NCBI GenBank assembly: GCA_964467905.1 | Contig: CAYXSY010000008.1 | Span: 22-64,021, forward strand | Direction of reading: 5' to 3' | DNA: 64,000 nt | Source: an uncultured Planctomycetales bacterium | GTDB lineage: Bacteria > Omnitrophota > Gorgyraeia > Gygaellales > Profunditerraquicolaceae | Shown here: piece after piece, positions 17,127-26,076 of the stretch | Layout of the letters: every line of letters begins with the position of its first letter | How positions within the stretch are numbered: the first letter of the stretch is position 1 | Program-made: the position numbers and the translations under genes | Notes under the pieces: model-generated | What the model saw: only the letters and a program-made list of their open reading frames with translations | Told to the model about the DNA's origin: nothing | Database searches by the model: none

Positions 17127-17822
17127 ATGAAGCAAAAGATACTTATAGTTGAAGACGAAAAAGATATTGTGAAGATGCTCGAATATAACCTTAAGAAAGA
17201 AGGTTATAGAGTTATTCATACAGGCGACGGAGACATCGCTCTTAGTATGGTCAGGAAAGAAAAACCGGAATTAATTATTCTTGACCTGATGCTCCCCGGA
17301 CTTGACGGGCTTGAGGTTTGTAAGATCCTTAAGAAGGATGAGGCCACGTCTTTTATCCCGATAATCATGCTTACGGCAAAATCCCAGGAATCAGATAAAA
17401 TAATAGGCCTTGAGCTCGGAGCAGATGATTATATGACCAAGCCTTTCAGTCCAAGAGAGTTGCTTGCCAGGATAAAAGCAGTTTTACGCCGCAGTGATGA
17501 GAAAACAAAGCCGCAGGATTTTTCTAGTATCGGAGATTTGGCTGTAGATTTTTCTAAGATAGCTGTTACGGTAAAAGGCAAGCCTGTTGAACTGACAGCT
17601 AAGGAATTTGAGCTTCTAAAAGCATTAATAAATGCAAAGGGAAGAGTCTTGTCGAGAGACCATCTTTTAGATAATATTTGGGGGTTTGATCATGCTATAG
17701 AAATTCAGACACGTACAGTCGACGTTCATATAAGAACCCTGCGTAAGAAGTTAAAAATCGAAGCTAAAAGGATTGTTACGGTTAAGAACTATGGATATAG
17801 GTTCCAGATGGAAGAAGATTAG
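17127..17822 (+). CDS. phoB: OmpR/PhoB-family response regulator
   Basis: REC domain (LIVEDEKD, IILDLMLPGLDG, LTAK, KPF) plus winged-helix output (LTAKEFELLKAL...VDVHIRTLRKK). Context next to phoR and pst. Confidence 0.85.
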   Translation: MKQKILIVEDEKDIVKMLEYNLKKEGYRVIHTGDGDIALSMVRKEKPELIILDLMLPGLDGLEVCKILKKDEATSFIPIIMLTAKSQESDKIIGLELGADDYMTKPFSPRELLARIKAVLRRSDEKTKPQDFSSIGDLAVDFSKIAVTVKGKPVELTAKEFELLKALINAKGRVLSRDHLLDNIWGFDHAIEIQTRTVDVHIRTLRKKLKIEAKRIVTVKNYGYRFQMEED

Positions 17823-19590
17823 AAGGCCCGGGATAAAACTAAGACTGGTTTTTTCCTATTTGCTTATAATTGCTGTTTCTTTTGGTTTTGCCGCATATTT
17901 TCTGGATAAGAATTTAGAGAACCACGCTCTCCAAGGAATAAAATCCTCACTTGTTAATGAGGCCTTTCTCATTAAAAGCCAAATTCCCTATGAAAAATTA
18001 AAGAGTCAAGGATATCCTAGTCTCCAAAATCAGATTAAAACGTTAGCCAGCAAGATAAAGAGCCGTCTTACCGTCATTGATCGCTCGGGAATGGTTATGG
18101 CGGATTCTGATGTAGAAGATAATAAAATAGCTTATATGGAGAATCATGCTGACCGCCCGGAGATAAAAATCGCTTTTGGCGGCAATATCGGAGAGCAAAT
18201 ACGTTATTCTTCGACCTTAAAAATAAATATGCTTTATGTTGCAATGCCCTTAGCATGGCCACAGGGAGTAAATGCTGTATTAAGGATCGCTTTACCTCTG
18301 GTGCATATACAGCAGCAATTGCGGGAAATAAGAAAAGCTATAATAATAAGCGTTCTTCTTGCCGTGGGTTTAGCCATTGTTTTAGGGTCTATTTTGGCGA
18401 TGGGGATAGTAAAGCCGATAAATAAGATTATTCATACTGCGCGTAAGTTTTCTTCGGGTGATTTCCAGCATAAAATACTGCTTGATTCTAATGATGAAAT
18501 CGGAGAGTTGGCTGTTGTTTTAAATAGCATGGCCTCTGATATAGAGGATAAGATTAATGAAGTTCAAATACGCAATCAACATTTAAGCGCGATACTGCAT
18601 AGCATGGTTGAAGGCATCATTGTATTGGACAAAACAGGCAAGATATTGTCTATAAACGTCCCGGCAGAAAATATCTTTAATATTAAGAAGAATGAGGCAG
18701 AGGGGAGAATGTTTCTTGAGGCAATACCTAATAATGATATAGCGGATTTAATCGGCGAAGTGAGCATGAAGAAAGAGTTTGTGAGTAAGGAGTTATCTTT
18801 AGTTTGGCCGGTAAAGAAGTTTTTTATAGTGGATGTTTCGCCTATTTTTCAGAAAGAAGAGTTAAGCGGTTGCTTGGTGGTTGTGCACGATATTACCGAG
18901 ATCCGCAGGCTAGAGACTATGCGTAAAGATTTTGTCGCCAACGTTTCGCATGAATTAAAAACCCCGCTTACATCTATCAAAGGTTTTGTAGAGACGTTAA
19001 TAGACGGTGCGCTTGAAGATAGGCAAAATGCCAGGCATTTTCTAGATATTATTCTTGATCACGCTAACAGGCTTGATAGTCTGATAAGTGATTTGTTATC
19101 GCTTTCTCATCTTGAGTCCAAAGAGATATCTTTAGATAGGAGCGTTGTAGAAGTTAAAAAAATGGTTGATGATATTATTATTAGCTTCAGGGCTGTCTTA
19201 GCTAAAAAGTCAATTAGCATAACCAACGATTTGGATGTAGCTTTATCTTTGTATGTTGATGGGGGAAGGTTATCCCAGGTTTTTACTAATTTAATCGATA
19301 ACGCTATTAAGTTTAACAGAGATAACGGTAAGGTTAGAATTTTTAATGAGGATTTAGGAAATGCAATAAAAATTATCGTTGAAGATACCGGAATAGGCAT
19401 TCCGCAAAAAGATATTCCCCGTATTTTTGAGCGTTTCTACCGTGTTGATAAGGCGCGTTCAAGGGAACTTGGAGGAACGGGCCTGGGGTTAGCTATTGTA
19501 AAACATATTATTGAGCTCCACGGAGGTTCTGTCGGCGTTGAAAGCATAGAAGCATCCGGAGCAAGATTATTCTTTATCCTTCCAAAATAG
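17791..19590 (+). CDS. phoR: PhoR-like sensor histidine kinase (TM-HAMP-PAS-HisKA-HATPase)
   Basis: H-box SHELKTPLTSI, N-box NLIDNAIKF, DTGIGI, GGTGLGLAIV. ATG 17791 preferred over the track start 17773. Confidence 0.8.
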   Translation: MDIGSRWKKIRRPGIKLRLVFSYLLIIAVSFGFAAYFLDKNLENHALQGIKSSLVNEAFLIKSQIPYEKLKSQGYPSLQNQIKTLASKIKSRLTVIDRSGMVMADSDVEDNKIAYMENHADRPEIKIAFGGNIGEQIRYSSTLKINMLYVAMPLAWPQGVNAVLRIALPLVHIQQQLREIRKAIIISVLLAVGLAIVLGSILAMGIVKPINKIIHTARKFSSGDFQHKILLDSNDEIGELAVVLNSMASDIEDKINEVQIRNQHLSAILHSMVEGIIVLDKTGKILSINVPAENIFNIKKNEAEGRMFLEAIPNNDIADLIGEVSMKKEFVSKELSLVWPVKKFFIVDVSPIFQKEELSGCLVVVHDITEIRRLETMRKDFVANVSHELKTPLTSIKGFVETLIDGALEDRQNARHFLDIILDHANRLDSLISDLLSLSHLESKEISLDRSVVEVKKMVDDIIISFRAVLAKKSISITNDLDVALSLYVDGGRLSQVFTNLIDNAIKFNRDNGKVRIFNEDLGNAIKIIVEDTGIGIPQKDIPRIFERFYRVDKARSRELGGTGLGLAIVKHIIELHGGSVGVESIEASGARLFFILPK

Positions 19591-19674
19591 CCACCAGAAG
19601 CATCCTCTCAAATAAGGCTTTACTTATATTTTACTTTCTCTTGAAGCGGATTTAATACACATATTTTATATTGT

Positions 19675-19714
19675 AGCCATGAAAAGGATACTATATTTCA
19701 TGGCTATTTTTTTT
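19675..19714 (+). terminator. Rho-independent terminator
   Basis: AGCCATGAAA (19675-19684) pairs with TTTCATGGCT (19696-19705), then A+T8. Confidence 0.65.
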
Positions 19715-19817
19715 AGGAGAATCGCTGAGGAAGAGAAAAGGGAGCTAGAGCGTTTTTACGGTCAGTATATTTAGCCCTAGAAACATCCGCTTAAGACGAA
19801 AGGAGGTGTTTTTTAAA

Positions 19818-20006
19818 ATGATACAAGCCATGTCGCCGATTAGAAAGGATTTTATAGCAGCTAATTTGCGTGTACAGATTAACAGGTTAATGAAGCTGTT
19901 AAATAGCGTAGAAGAGCATTACGATTTTGAACAGGACTATACAAATGAATCTTTAAAAGATATAGAAAACAATTTGCGGCAAATAAGAAAACTGTGCGCG
20001 AATTAA
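19818..20006 (+). CDS. Small helical hypothetical protein
   Basis: AAGGAGG (19799-19805) with ATG 19818. 62 aa, no recognisable motif. Confidence 0.35.
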   Translation: MIQAMSPIRKDFIAANLRVQINRLMKLLNSVEEHYDFEQDYTNESLKDIENNLRQIRKLCAN

Positions 20007-20039
20007 TTATTTTATTTGTTAAAAAAGGAGGATTAGTAA

Positions 20040-21368
20040 ATGAGAAAGTTTGTTATTTTGTTTGTTTGTGGCGTCTTTTTAACAACGGTACTTTCTGTTA
20101 ATCATTCTTATGCCGGGGAAATAGACTTGCTTCTTGAAAAGCTGGTTGAGAAAGGCGTGTTGTCAGGATCAGAGGCGCAACAGATAAAGATTGAAACGAA
20201 AGAGGCGATGAAGAAAGAAATCGCACAGGCAAAATCCGAAGTTTTACCCAGCTGGATTCAGACCATGAAGTTAAAGGGTGATTTCAGGTTGAGATATCAG
20301 ATGAACCGTACGGATAACGCCAATGATACATTCAGCTATAGGAACAGAGGAAGGTTTCGTTTAAGATTGGGAGTGGAAAGTAAAGTTAATGATAAGTTAA
20401 AAGTTGCAGCAGGCCTATCTACTGGCATTACTACTGCAGGAGAGCCTGATGCAGCTCGGTCTACAAACCAGAGCTTTACGGATGCTTTTGCTAAAAAACC
20501 GGTTGCCTGGGATTATGCTTATGCGGAATATAATCCTTTTACCTGGGCTAGCGTAATTGCAGGTAAAATGAAAAATCCTCTTTGGGAGCCTACAGATATG
20601 ATTTGGGATACTGATATTAACCCAGAAGGTGGCATTTTTAAACTTAGTAAAAGGCTTATCCCTGAATTAGACCTTTTTGCTACAGCCGGAGCTTTTGTCT
20701 TAGATGAAATTAGCAGCGATAGTGCTGACCCGATGATGTACGTAACTCAATTCGGCGGGACATACAAAGTTGGCAGCAAGGCATCGCTAAAAGGTTCATT
20801 CTCTTACTATAATTTCTCTAATGTAAAACACCGTAATATCGAAGGTGCATCTTATGATTTCAGGGCTGCGACTCCTGGCCAGATAGCTTTCGGTAATAGC
20901 AGAGAAAATGTTACCGGTGCAAATACCGGAAGATTGCGTTATGGTTACAGCACCCTCACGCCAGCGCTTGAATTAAATATTAAACAGCCACTTGAGTTTT
21001 TAGGGATAAGGGCTTTAGATATACCTCAATTGCAGTTTTTCGGAGAGTATGTTGAGAACCCATTGGTAGAGAGAGCAAATACCGGTTATTCAGCAGGTTT
21101 TAAATTCGGAGCCGAGAAGATAGCTAATTTTGGTGATTGGGATTTCAAATATGATTACGTTATGTTGGGAAGGGATGCTGTTCCGGATTTTCTTCCCGAT
21201 TCTGATCGTTATGGTGGTACAACCGGTATAAGGAGCCATGAAGCCATATTCCAATTCGGTTTAGGTCCTAATACTTATTTATCAGGAGATTACTATTATT
21301 CAGCCAGGATAACTAAGCCTCACGTCCCTGAGCATTTGGTTCAGGTTGACTGGAATATGAAATTTTGA
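20040..21368 (+). CDS. Outer-membrane porin (phosphate-selective OprO/P-like by context)
   Basis: Signal peptide, N-terminal coiled segment LLEKLVEKGVLSGSEAQ, alternating beta-strand pattern, C-terminal ...VDWNMKF. Lies between phoBR and pstS. Confidence 0.6.
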   Translation: MRKFVILFVCGVFLTTVLSVNHSYAGEIDLLLEKLVEKGVLSGSEAQQIKIETKEAMKKEIAQAKSEVLPSWIQTMKLKGDFRLRYQMNRTDNANDTFSYRNRGRFRLRLGVESKVNDKLKVAAGLSTGITTAGEPDAARSTNQSFTDAFAKKPVAWDYAYAEYNPFTWASVIAGKMKNPLWEPTDMIWDTDINPEGGIFKLSKRLIPELDLFATAGAFVLDEISSDSADPMMYVTQFGGTYKVGSKASLKGSFSYYNFSNVKHRNIEGASYDFRAATPGQIAFGNSRENVTGANTGRLRYGYSTLTPALELNIKQPLEFLGIRALDIPQLQFFGEYVENPLVERANTGYSAGFKFGAEKIANFGDWDFKYDYVMLGRDAVPDFLPDSDRYGGTTGIRSHEAIFQFGLGPNTYLSGDYYYSARITKPHVPEHLVQVDWNMKF

Positions 21369-21385
21369 AGCTATCCAAATATTAT

Positions 21386-21425
21386 TTTACATAGATTTAA
21401 CATGTGCTTAATAGGATTGTAATAT
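21386..21425 (+). promoter_or_regulatory. Pho-box-like direct repeats overlapping the pstS promoter
   Basis: TTTACA (21386), TTAACA (21397) and TTAATA (21408) at exact 11-bp spacing. TTAACA-17 nt-TAATAT (21420-21425). Confidence 0.35.
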
Positions 21426-21466
21426 GAATTTTGTATTATTAATTATATAAAAGAAAGGATTATCTT

Positions 21467-22288
21467 ATGAAGGAGGCGAAGAGAGTTTTTAGTTTCTTAA
21501 TGTTTATGTTTTGTTTGGCATTTAGCTTTAGTTTGTGTTTTGCAGAAAAAATCACTATCGCAGGATCTACTACGGTTTTGCCGATAGCACAAAAGACAGC
21601 AGAAGTATTCATGGAGCGATATGCAAAAGTAGACATATCTGTTCGTGGAGGCGGCTCAAGCGTAGGTATAGCTTCTCTATTAGACGGTACCTGTGATATA
21701 GCCGATGCTTCTCGTGCTATAAAAAGCTCTGAACTTGAAAAAGCAGTTACGAACGGAGTTGACCCGGTAGGCCATGTGGTAGCTATGGATGGCATAGCTG
21801 TTATAGTTCATCCCTCTAATAAAATAAGCCACCTCAGTAAAGATCAGGTAAAAGATATATACACTGCAAAGATTAAAGATTGGTCTGAATTAGGTGGTAG
21901 TTCAGGGAAGATTGTAGTAATATCCCGTGATTCATCAAGCGGTACATATGAAGCGTTTGGCGAGTTGGTTTTGAAGGGGCAAAAAGTGAGGCCAGATGCT
22001 TTATTGCAGGCATCTAATCAGGCGGTTGCATCAACCGTGGAGAGGACTCCTCAGGCAATCGGCTACGTGGGGTTAAGTTATATTACGGGTTCCGTAAAAG
22101 CGCTGGAGATAAGCGGGGTTATACCTTCTAAAGATGCTGTTTTGTCTGGGAAGTACCCTGTTTCACGCCCGCTTTTTATGTATACGAATGGCGAGCCTAA
22201 AGGCGCGGTAAAAGAATTCCTTGATTTTATTAAAAGCTCGGAGGGACAGTTGCTAGTGGACCAAGAAGGTTTTGTGGCCTTAAAATAA
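21467..22288 (+). CDS. pstS: Phosphate ABC transporter substrate-binding protein
   Basis: Signal peptide, GSTTVLPIAQ, SRDSSSGTYEAF. Confidence 0.9.
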   Translation: MKEAKRVFSFLMFMFCLAFSFSLCFAEKITIAGSTTVLPIAQKTAEVFMERYAKVDISVRGGGSSVGIASLLDGTCDIADASRAIKSSELEKAVTNGVDPVGHVVAMDGIAVIVHPSNKISHLSKDQVKDIYTAKIKDWSELGGSSGKIVVISRDSSSGTYEAFGELVLKGQKVRPDALLQASNQAVASTVERTPQAIGYVGLSYITGSVKALEISGVIPSKDAVLSGKYPVSRPLFMYTNGEPKGAVKEFLDFIKSSEGQLLVDQEGFVALK

Positions 22289-22315
22289 AAATAAAGTTTA
22301 CTCATTTAAGGCAAG

Positions 22316-22340
22316 CACGGCAGGATTGCCTCCTGCCGTG
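22316..22340 (+). promoter_or_regulatory. Perfect 10-bp stem-loop between pstS and pstC
   Basis: CACGGCAGGA-ttgcc-TCCTGCCGTG with no T-run after it. Confidence 0.6.
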
Positions 22341-22358
22341 GCCTCCTTTATAAGACAA

Positions 22359-23243
22359 ATGTTAAGAATTAAAGAAGAAATATACCGGTGGTTTTTTGCT
22401 ATTTTGGCATTTGCTTCTTTGGTTTTTCTTGTCGGAATTATAATTATCCTTTTCAAAGAGTCCCTGCCAATTTTTAAGAAATTAAGCCTGACAGATTTTA
22501 TTCTTGGGAAATCCTGGTATCCTACCTATCAGCCGCCGGAGTTCGGGATATTGCCGTTAGTAGTTGCTTCTTTTGTTGTGTCTCTCGGGGCTATGTTGGT
22601 TTGTGTCCCTTTAGGTGTCGGCAGTGCCTTATACTTGAATGAACTGGCAGGCTATAAACAAAGAGCGATACTTAAACCTATGGTCGAAGTATTGGCAAGC
22701 GTTCCTTCTATAGTATATGGTTTCTTCGGAATGGCTATATTGGCACCATTCTTGCAAAAACTGTTTAATATACCGATAGGGCTTTGTGCTTTTACTGCGA
22801 GTTTAACTTTGGGGATTATGGCTACTCCGACGGTATGCAGCATTGCAGATGACGCATTAAGCTATGTTCCAAAATCGTTTAGAGAGGCATCTTTTGCTGT
22901 TGGGGCTAATCGTTGGCAGACTTTGATAAGGGTGGTTATTCCTGCTGCAGGTTCAGGTATTTCAACCGCTGTTATATTAGGCATGAGCAGGGCAATAGGC
23001 GAGACTATGACTGTGCTCATGGTAGCAGGAGGGTCAGCTATTATACCAACATCAATTTTTGATCCTGTCCGTCCAATGACCGCAGCTATTGCCGCGGAAA
23101 TGGGTGAGGCTCCTATGGGGAGTGATCATTACCATGCTTTGTTTGCTATAGCGCTGATTTTGTTCCTAATTACTTTTATTTTTAATATTATAGCGGAGTT
23201 AATCAGCAGGCGTTACAGGATTAAGCTTGGTTTAGCAGGATAA
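22359..23243 (+). CDS. pstC: Phosphate ABC transporter permease
   Basis: Polytopic with EAA-like region SRAIGETMTVLMVAGG. The track's TTG 22326 lies inside the hairpin, so ATG 22359 is preferred. Confidence 0.85.
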   Translation: MLRIKEEIYRWFFAILAFASLVFLVGIIIILFKESLPIFKKLSLTDFILGKSWYPTYQPPEFGILPLVVASFVVSLGAMLVCVPLGVGSALYLNELAGYKQRAILKPMVEVLASVPSIVYGFFGMAILAPFLQKLFNIPIGLCAFTASLTLGIMATPTVCSIADDALSYVPKSFREASFAVGANRWQTLIRVVIPAAGSGISTAVILGMSRAIGETMTVLMVAGGSAIIPTSIFDPVRPMTAAIAAEMGEAPMGSDHYHALFAIALILFLITFIFNIIAELISRRYRIKLGLAG

Positions 23244-23254
23244 GAGATAAATAT

Positions 23255-24106
23255 ATGAAAAGTAATGTTAGCCAGAAAATAGGCTTTATCTTTCTGCTTG
23301 CTTGTATGGCGATAACTTTATTCTTTCTTTTGGCTATAATTTATTTTGTCATGGCTAAAGGTCTTAAAGTTATTTCTTGGGAGTTTTTAACACAAACTCC
23401 TCGTAATGCAATGACCCAGGGAGGAGTAGCTCCGGCCATAGTAGGAAGCCTTTATCTTACTTTGGGGGCAATATTATTTGCCCTTCCGCTTGGCCTTGCC
23501 TGTGCGATATATCTTTGTGAGTATTCGCCTAAGGGTTATATCGTCAATATTATCAGGGTAAGCATAAATAATTTAGCCGGCGTTCCTTCAGTTGTTTTTG
23601 GTTTATTTGGATTGGCGGTTTTTGTAAAGTTTTTTAAGTTTGGGGTTTCTATATTAGCCGGTAGCCTTACGTTAGGCATTTTGGTTTTACCAGTAGTCAT
23701 TTCTTCTACGCAGGAAGCGCTTTTGGCAGTGCCGCAGTCATTAAGGGAGGCTTCTCTGGCTTTAGGCGCTACCAAATGGGAGACAATTAAAAAGATAGTT
23801 TTGCCTACTGCCTTACCAGGTATTATTACCGGGGTTATTTTAAGCATAGGCAGAATCGCCGGAGAAACCGCGCCTATTCTTTTCACGGCGGCAGCTTTTT
23901 ATTTAAGAGGGTACCCTAAATCGATATTTTCAGAGGTAATGGCTTTACCATATCATATTTATGCCCTCATGACCGAAGGCACGCACCCCCAGGAGCAGAC
24001 TGCAATTGCGTACGGCTGCGCTTTAATATTATTGTTGCTTGTTTTATTTGTGTCTTTTGTGGCAATTTTTATTCGTCAGAAATACAGGAGTTATTCCCAT
24101 GGATAA
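23255..24106 (+). CDS. pstA: Phosphate ABC transporter permease
   Basis: [15 protein letters not shown]; polytopic. Confidence 0.85.
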   Translation: MKSNVSQKIGFIFLLACMAITLFFLLAIIYFVMAKGLKVISWEFLTQTPRNAMTQGGVAPAIVGSLYLTLGAILFALPLGLACAIYLCEYSPKGYIVNIIRVSINNLAGVPSVVFGLFGLAVFVKFFKFGVSILAGSLTLGILVLPVVISSTQEALLAVPQSLREASLALGATKWETIKKIVLPTALPGIITGVILSIGRIAGETAPILFTAAAFYLRGYPKSIFSEVMALPYHIYALMTEGTHPQEQTAIAYGCALILLLLVLFVSFVAIFIRQKYRSYSHG

Positions 24107-24860
24107 AAAACTTAAAATCAGAGCAGAAAACATTAATTTCTTTTACGGTAACCATCAGGCCTTAAAGGATATCAACATTGACGTTTATGCCAGGCAGGTT
24201 TTAGCTATTATCGGTCCTTCAGGCTGCGGGAAATCTACTTTCATCAGATTGCTTAACCGCATGAATGAGCTGTTACCAAATACTCATTTAAGCGGGCAGA
24301 TTTATCTTGATGGCGATGATATATTGGATTCTTTACAAGATCCTGTTGAGTTGCGTAAGCGGGTAGGCATGGTTTTTCAGAAGCCGAATCCGTTCCCCAA
24401 AACTATATTTGAAAATATAAGTTACGGGCTCCAGGTAAATGGGATAAAAGATAAATACTTTATTGAAGAAAGAGTAGTAGCCTCTTTGAAGAAGGCAGTA
24501 TTGTGGGATGAGGTTAAAAACAGGCTGCATGAAAGTGCGCTTAAGCTCTCGGGTGGGCAGCAGCAGCGGCTTTGTATCGCGCGTTGCCTTGCGGTTGAAC
24601 CGCAGGTAATTCTCTTTGATGAACCTTGTGCGAGCCTGGATCCAATATCAACAAGCAAAATAGAAGAGCTGATATTGGAGCTTAAAAAAGACTATACAAT
24701 CGTCATCGTTACCCATAATATGCAACAGGCGGCAAGGGTTTCTGACCGTACGGCATTCTTTTTGCTCGGAGAATTAATTGAGGTTGGTGAGACCCAGGGT
24801 ATTTTTACGGTTCCGAAGGATAAGAGGACAGAGGCTTATATTACCGGAAGGTTTGGTTAA
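24099..24860 (+). CDS. pstB: Phosphate ABC transporter ATP-binding protein
   Basis: [27 protein letters not shown] 24099 behind ACAGGAG is preferred over the track start 24039. Confidence 0.9.
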   Translation: MDKKLKIRAENINFFYGNHQALKDINIDVYARQVLAIIGPSGCGKSTFIRLLNRMNELLPNTHLSGQIYLDGDDILDSLQDPVELRKRVGMVFQKPNPFPKTIFENISYGLQVNGIKDKYFIEERVVASLKKAVLWDEVKNRLHESALKLSGGQQQRLCIARCLAVEPQVILFDEPCASLDPISTSKIEELILELKKDYTIVIVTHNMQQAARVSDRTAFFLLGELIEVGETQGIFTVPKDKRTEAYITGRFG

Positions 24861-24868
24861 ATTACCTT

Positions 24869-25294
24869 ATGCAAGAGAAAAAACAAGTTTTATTTGTTTG
24901 TATTGAGAATTCATGCCGCAGCCAAATGGCAGAAGCGCTAATCAAATATTATTATCCGGATCAAATCGAGGCCTATAGTGCAGGTTCAAAACCTTCCGGG
25001 AGCGTGGATAAAGATGCTATTGCGGCTATGCGTGAAATAGGCGTAGATATTACACAAAATAAGTCCAAAGGATTTGCTGATTTACCAGTAAAAGAATTTG
25101 ACTATGTTGTTACTTTAGGCTGTCAGGATGCTTGCCCTTTTTTCCCTGCAGATAGGCATATAGCATGGGATATCCCGGATCCTAAAGGTAGAGGTATTGA
25201 TTTTTTTAGGTTAACAAGAGACCTGATAAAGTGTAAAATATCTAATTTAGCGGATGGTATCTTCGGTGGGCCATCCATAACCCAAAAGGGGTAA
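24869..25294 (+). CDS. arsC: Arsenate reductase, LMW-PTP/thioredoxin-coupled type
   Basis: VLFVCIENSCRSQMAEA (CX5R P-loop), YSAG, VVTLGCQDACP, WDIPDP. Close to my recollection of B. subtilis ArsC. Confidence 0.8.
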   Translation: MQEKKQVLFVCIENSCRSQMAEALIKYYYPDQIEAYSAGSKPSGSVDKDAIAAMREIGVDITQNKSKGFADLPVKEFDYVVTLGCQDACPFFPADRHIAWDIPDPKGRGIDFFRLTRDLIKCKISNLADGIFGGPSITQKG

Positions 25295-25299
25295 TTAAC

Positions 25300-25968
25300 A
25301 TGGAAAGACACTTAGACGCAGAGTTAAAAGATTTGCATAAGGATATTCTAAGGATGGGTGCGTTTGCCCAGGAAGCAATTTCTAAATCTGTTGAAGCATT
25401 AAAAAATCAGGATAAAACACAGGCTCTCGGAGTCATTGACTTGGATTCCAGAGTTGACGAATTAGAGAACTTAATTGATGAAAAGTGTATTGATTTAATA
25501 GCCCGTTACCAGCCGATGGCAGGGGATTTGCGTTTTATTACTACCGGGATGAAGATTAATGCTGAACTTGAGCGTATCGCAGACCTGGCGGTTGATATAT
25601 GCCAGCGGGTTCTGGAATTAGTAGGTAAGCCTTTGCTCAAGCCATTGATAGATATTCCTAAGCTTTCAACAATAGCGCAAGAAATGATTAAGAAAGCCAT
25701 AGAAGCTTTTATCAATAAGGATGTTGTATTGGCCAGGTCGGTAAGGGCAATGGATGCGCAGGCAGATAATCTGCGCGATATGGTTTCTGATGAGTTAATC
25801 AACGAGTATATGGTTAAAGATGGCTCAACCGCCGACCGTGCAGTACCTTTGTTATTAATTTCAAGATATCTTGAACGTATATGCGATCATACTACGAATA
25901 TAGCCGAAGATGTTGTTTACATGGTTGAAGGCAAGGTTGTTAAGCACAGCCAGCCTGGTGCGCTATAG
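25300..25968 (+). CDS. phoU: Phosphate signalling regulator PhoU
   Basis: Two PhoU repeats (AELERIADLAVDI and YLERICDHTTNIAEDV). Confidence 0.9.
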   Translation: MERHLDAELKDLHKDILRMGAFAQEAISKSVEALKNQDKTQALGVIDLDSRVDELENLIDEKCIDLIARYQPMAGDLRFITTGMKINAELERIADLAVDICQRVLELVGKPLLKPLIDIPKLSTIAQEMIKKAIEAFINKDVVLARSVRAMDAQADNLRDMVSDELINEYMVKDGSTADRAVPLLLISRYLERICDHTTNIAEDVVYMVEGKVVKHSQPGAL

Positions 25969-25993
25969 ACACGCAAAAATAATGATTCTATTT

Positions 25994-26028
25994 ACGGCCT
26001 CTTTTTATAAAAGAGGCCGTTTTTTTTA
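25994..26028 (+). terminator. Rho-independent terminator of the pst-phoU operon
   Basis: ACGGCCTCTTTT-tat-AAAAGAGGCCGT followed by T8. Confidence 0.75.
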
Positions 26029-26076
26029 TAGCAAATTTGTTTTTTATATATATAATATAGTCAACAGGATGGGATT

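Noticed and set aside
19630-19670. Possible second Pho-box array (TTTACT, TTGAAG, TTAATA, ATTTTA at 11-bp steps)
   Set aside because: The hexamers are much more degenerate than at pstS. They lie between the phoR stop and its terminator hairpin rather than at a recognisable -35/-10, and such patterns arise easily in AT-rich sequence.
19700-19774. 24-aa mini-ORF (MAIFFRRIAEEEKRELERFYGQYI)
   Set aside because: Its start codon is buried in the 3' arm of the terminator hairpin. It has no SD and no distinguishing features.
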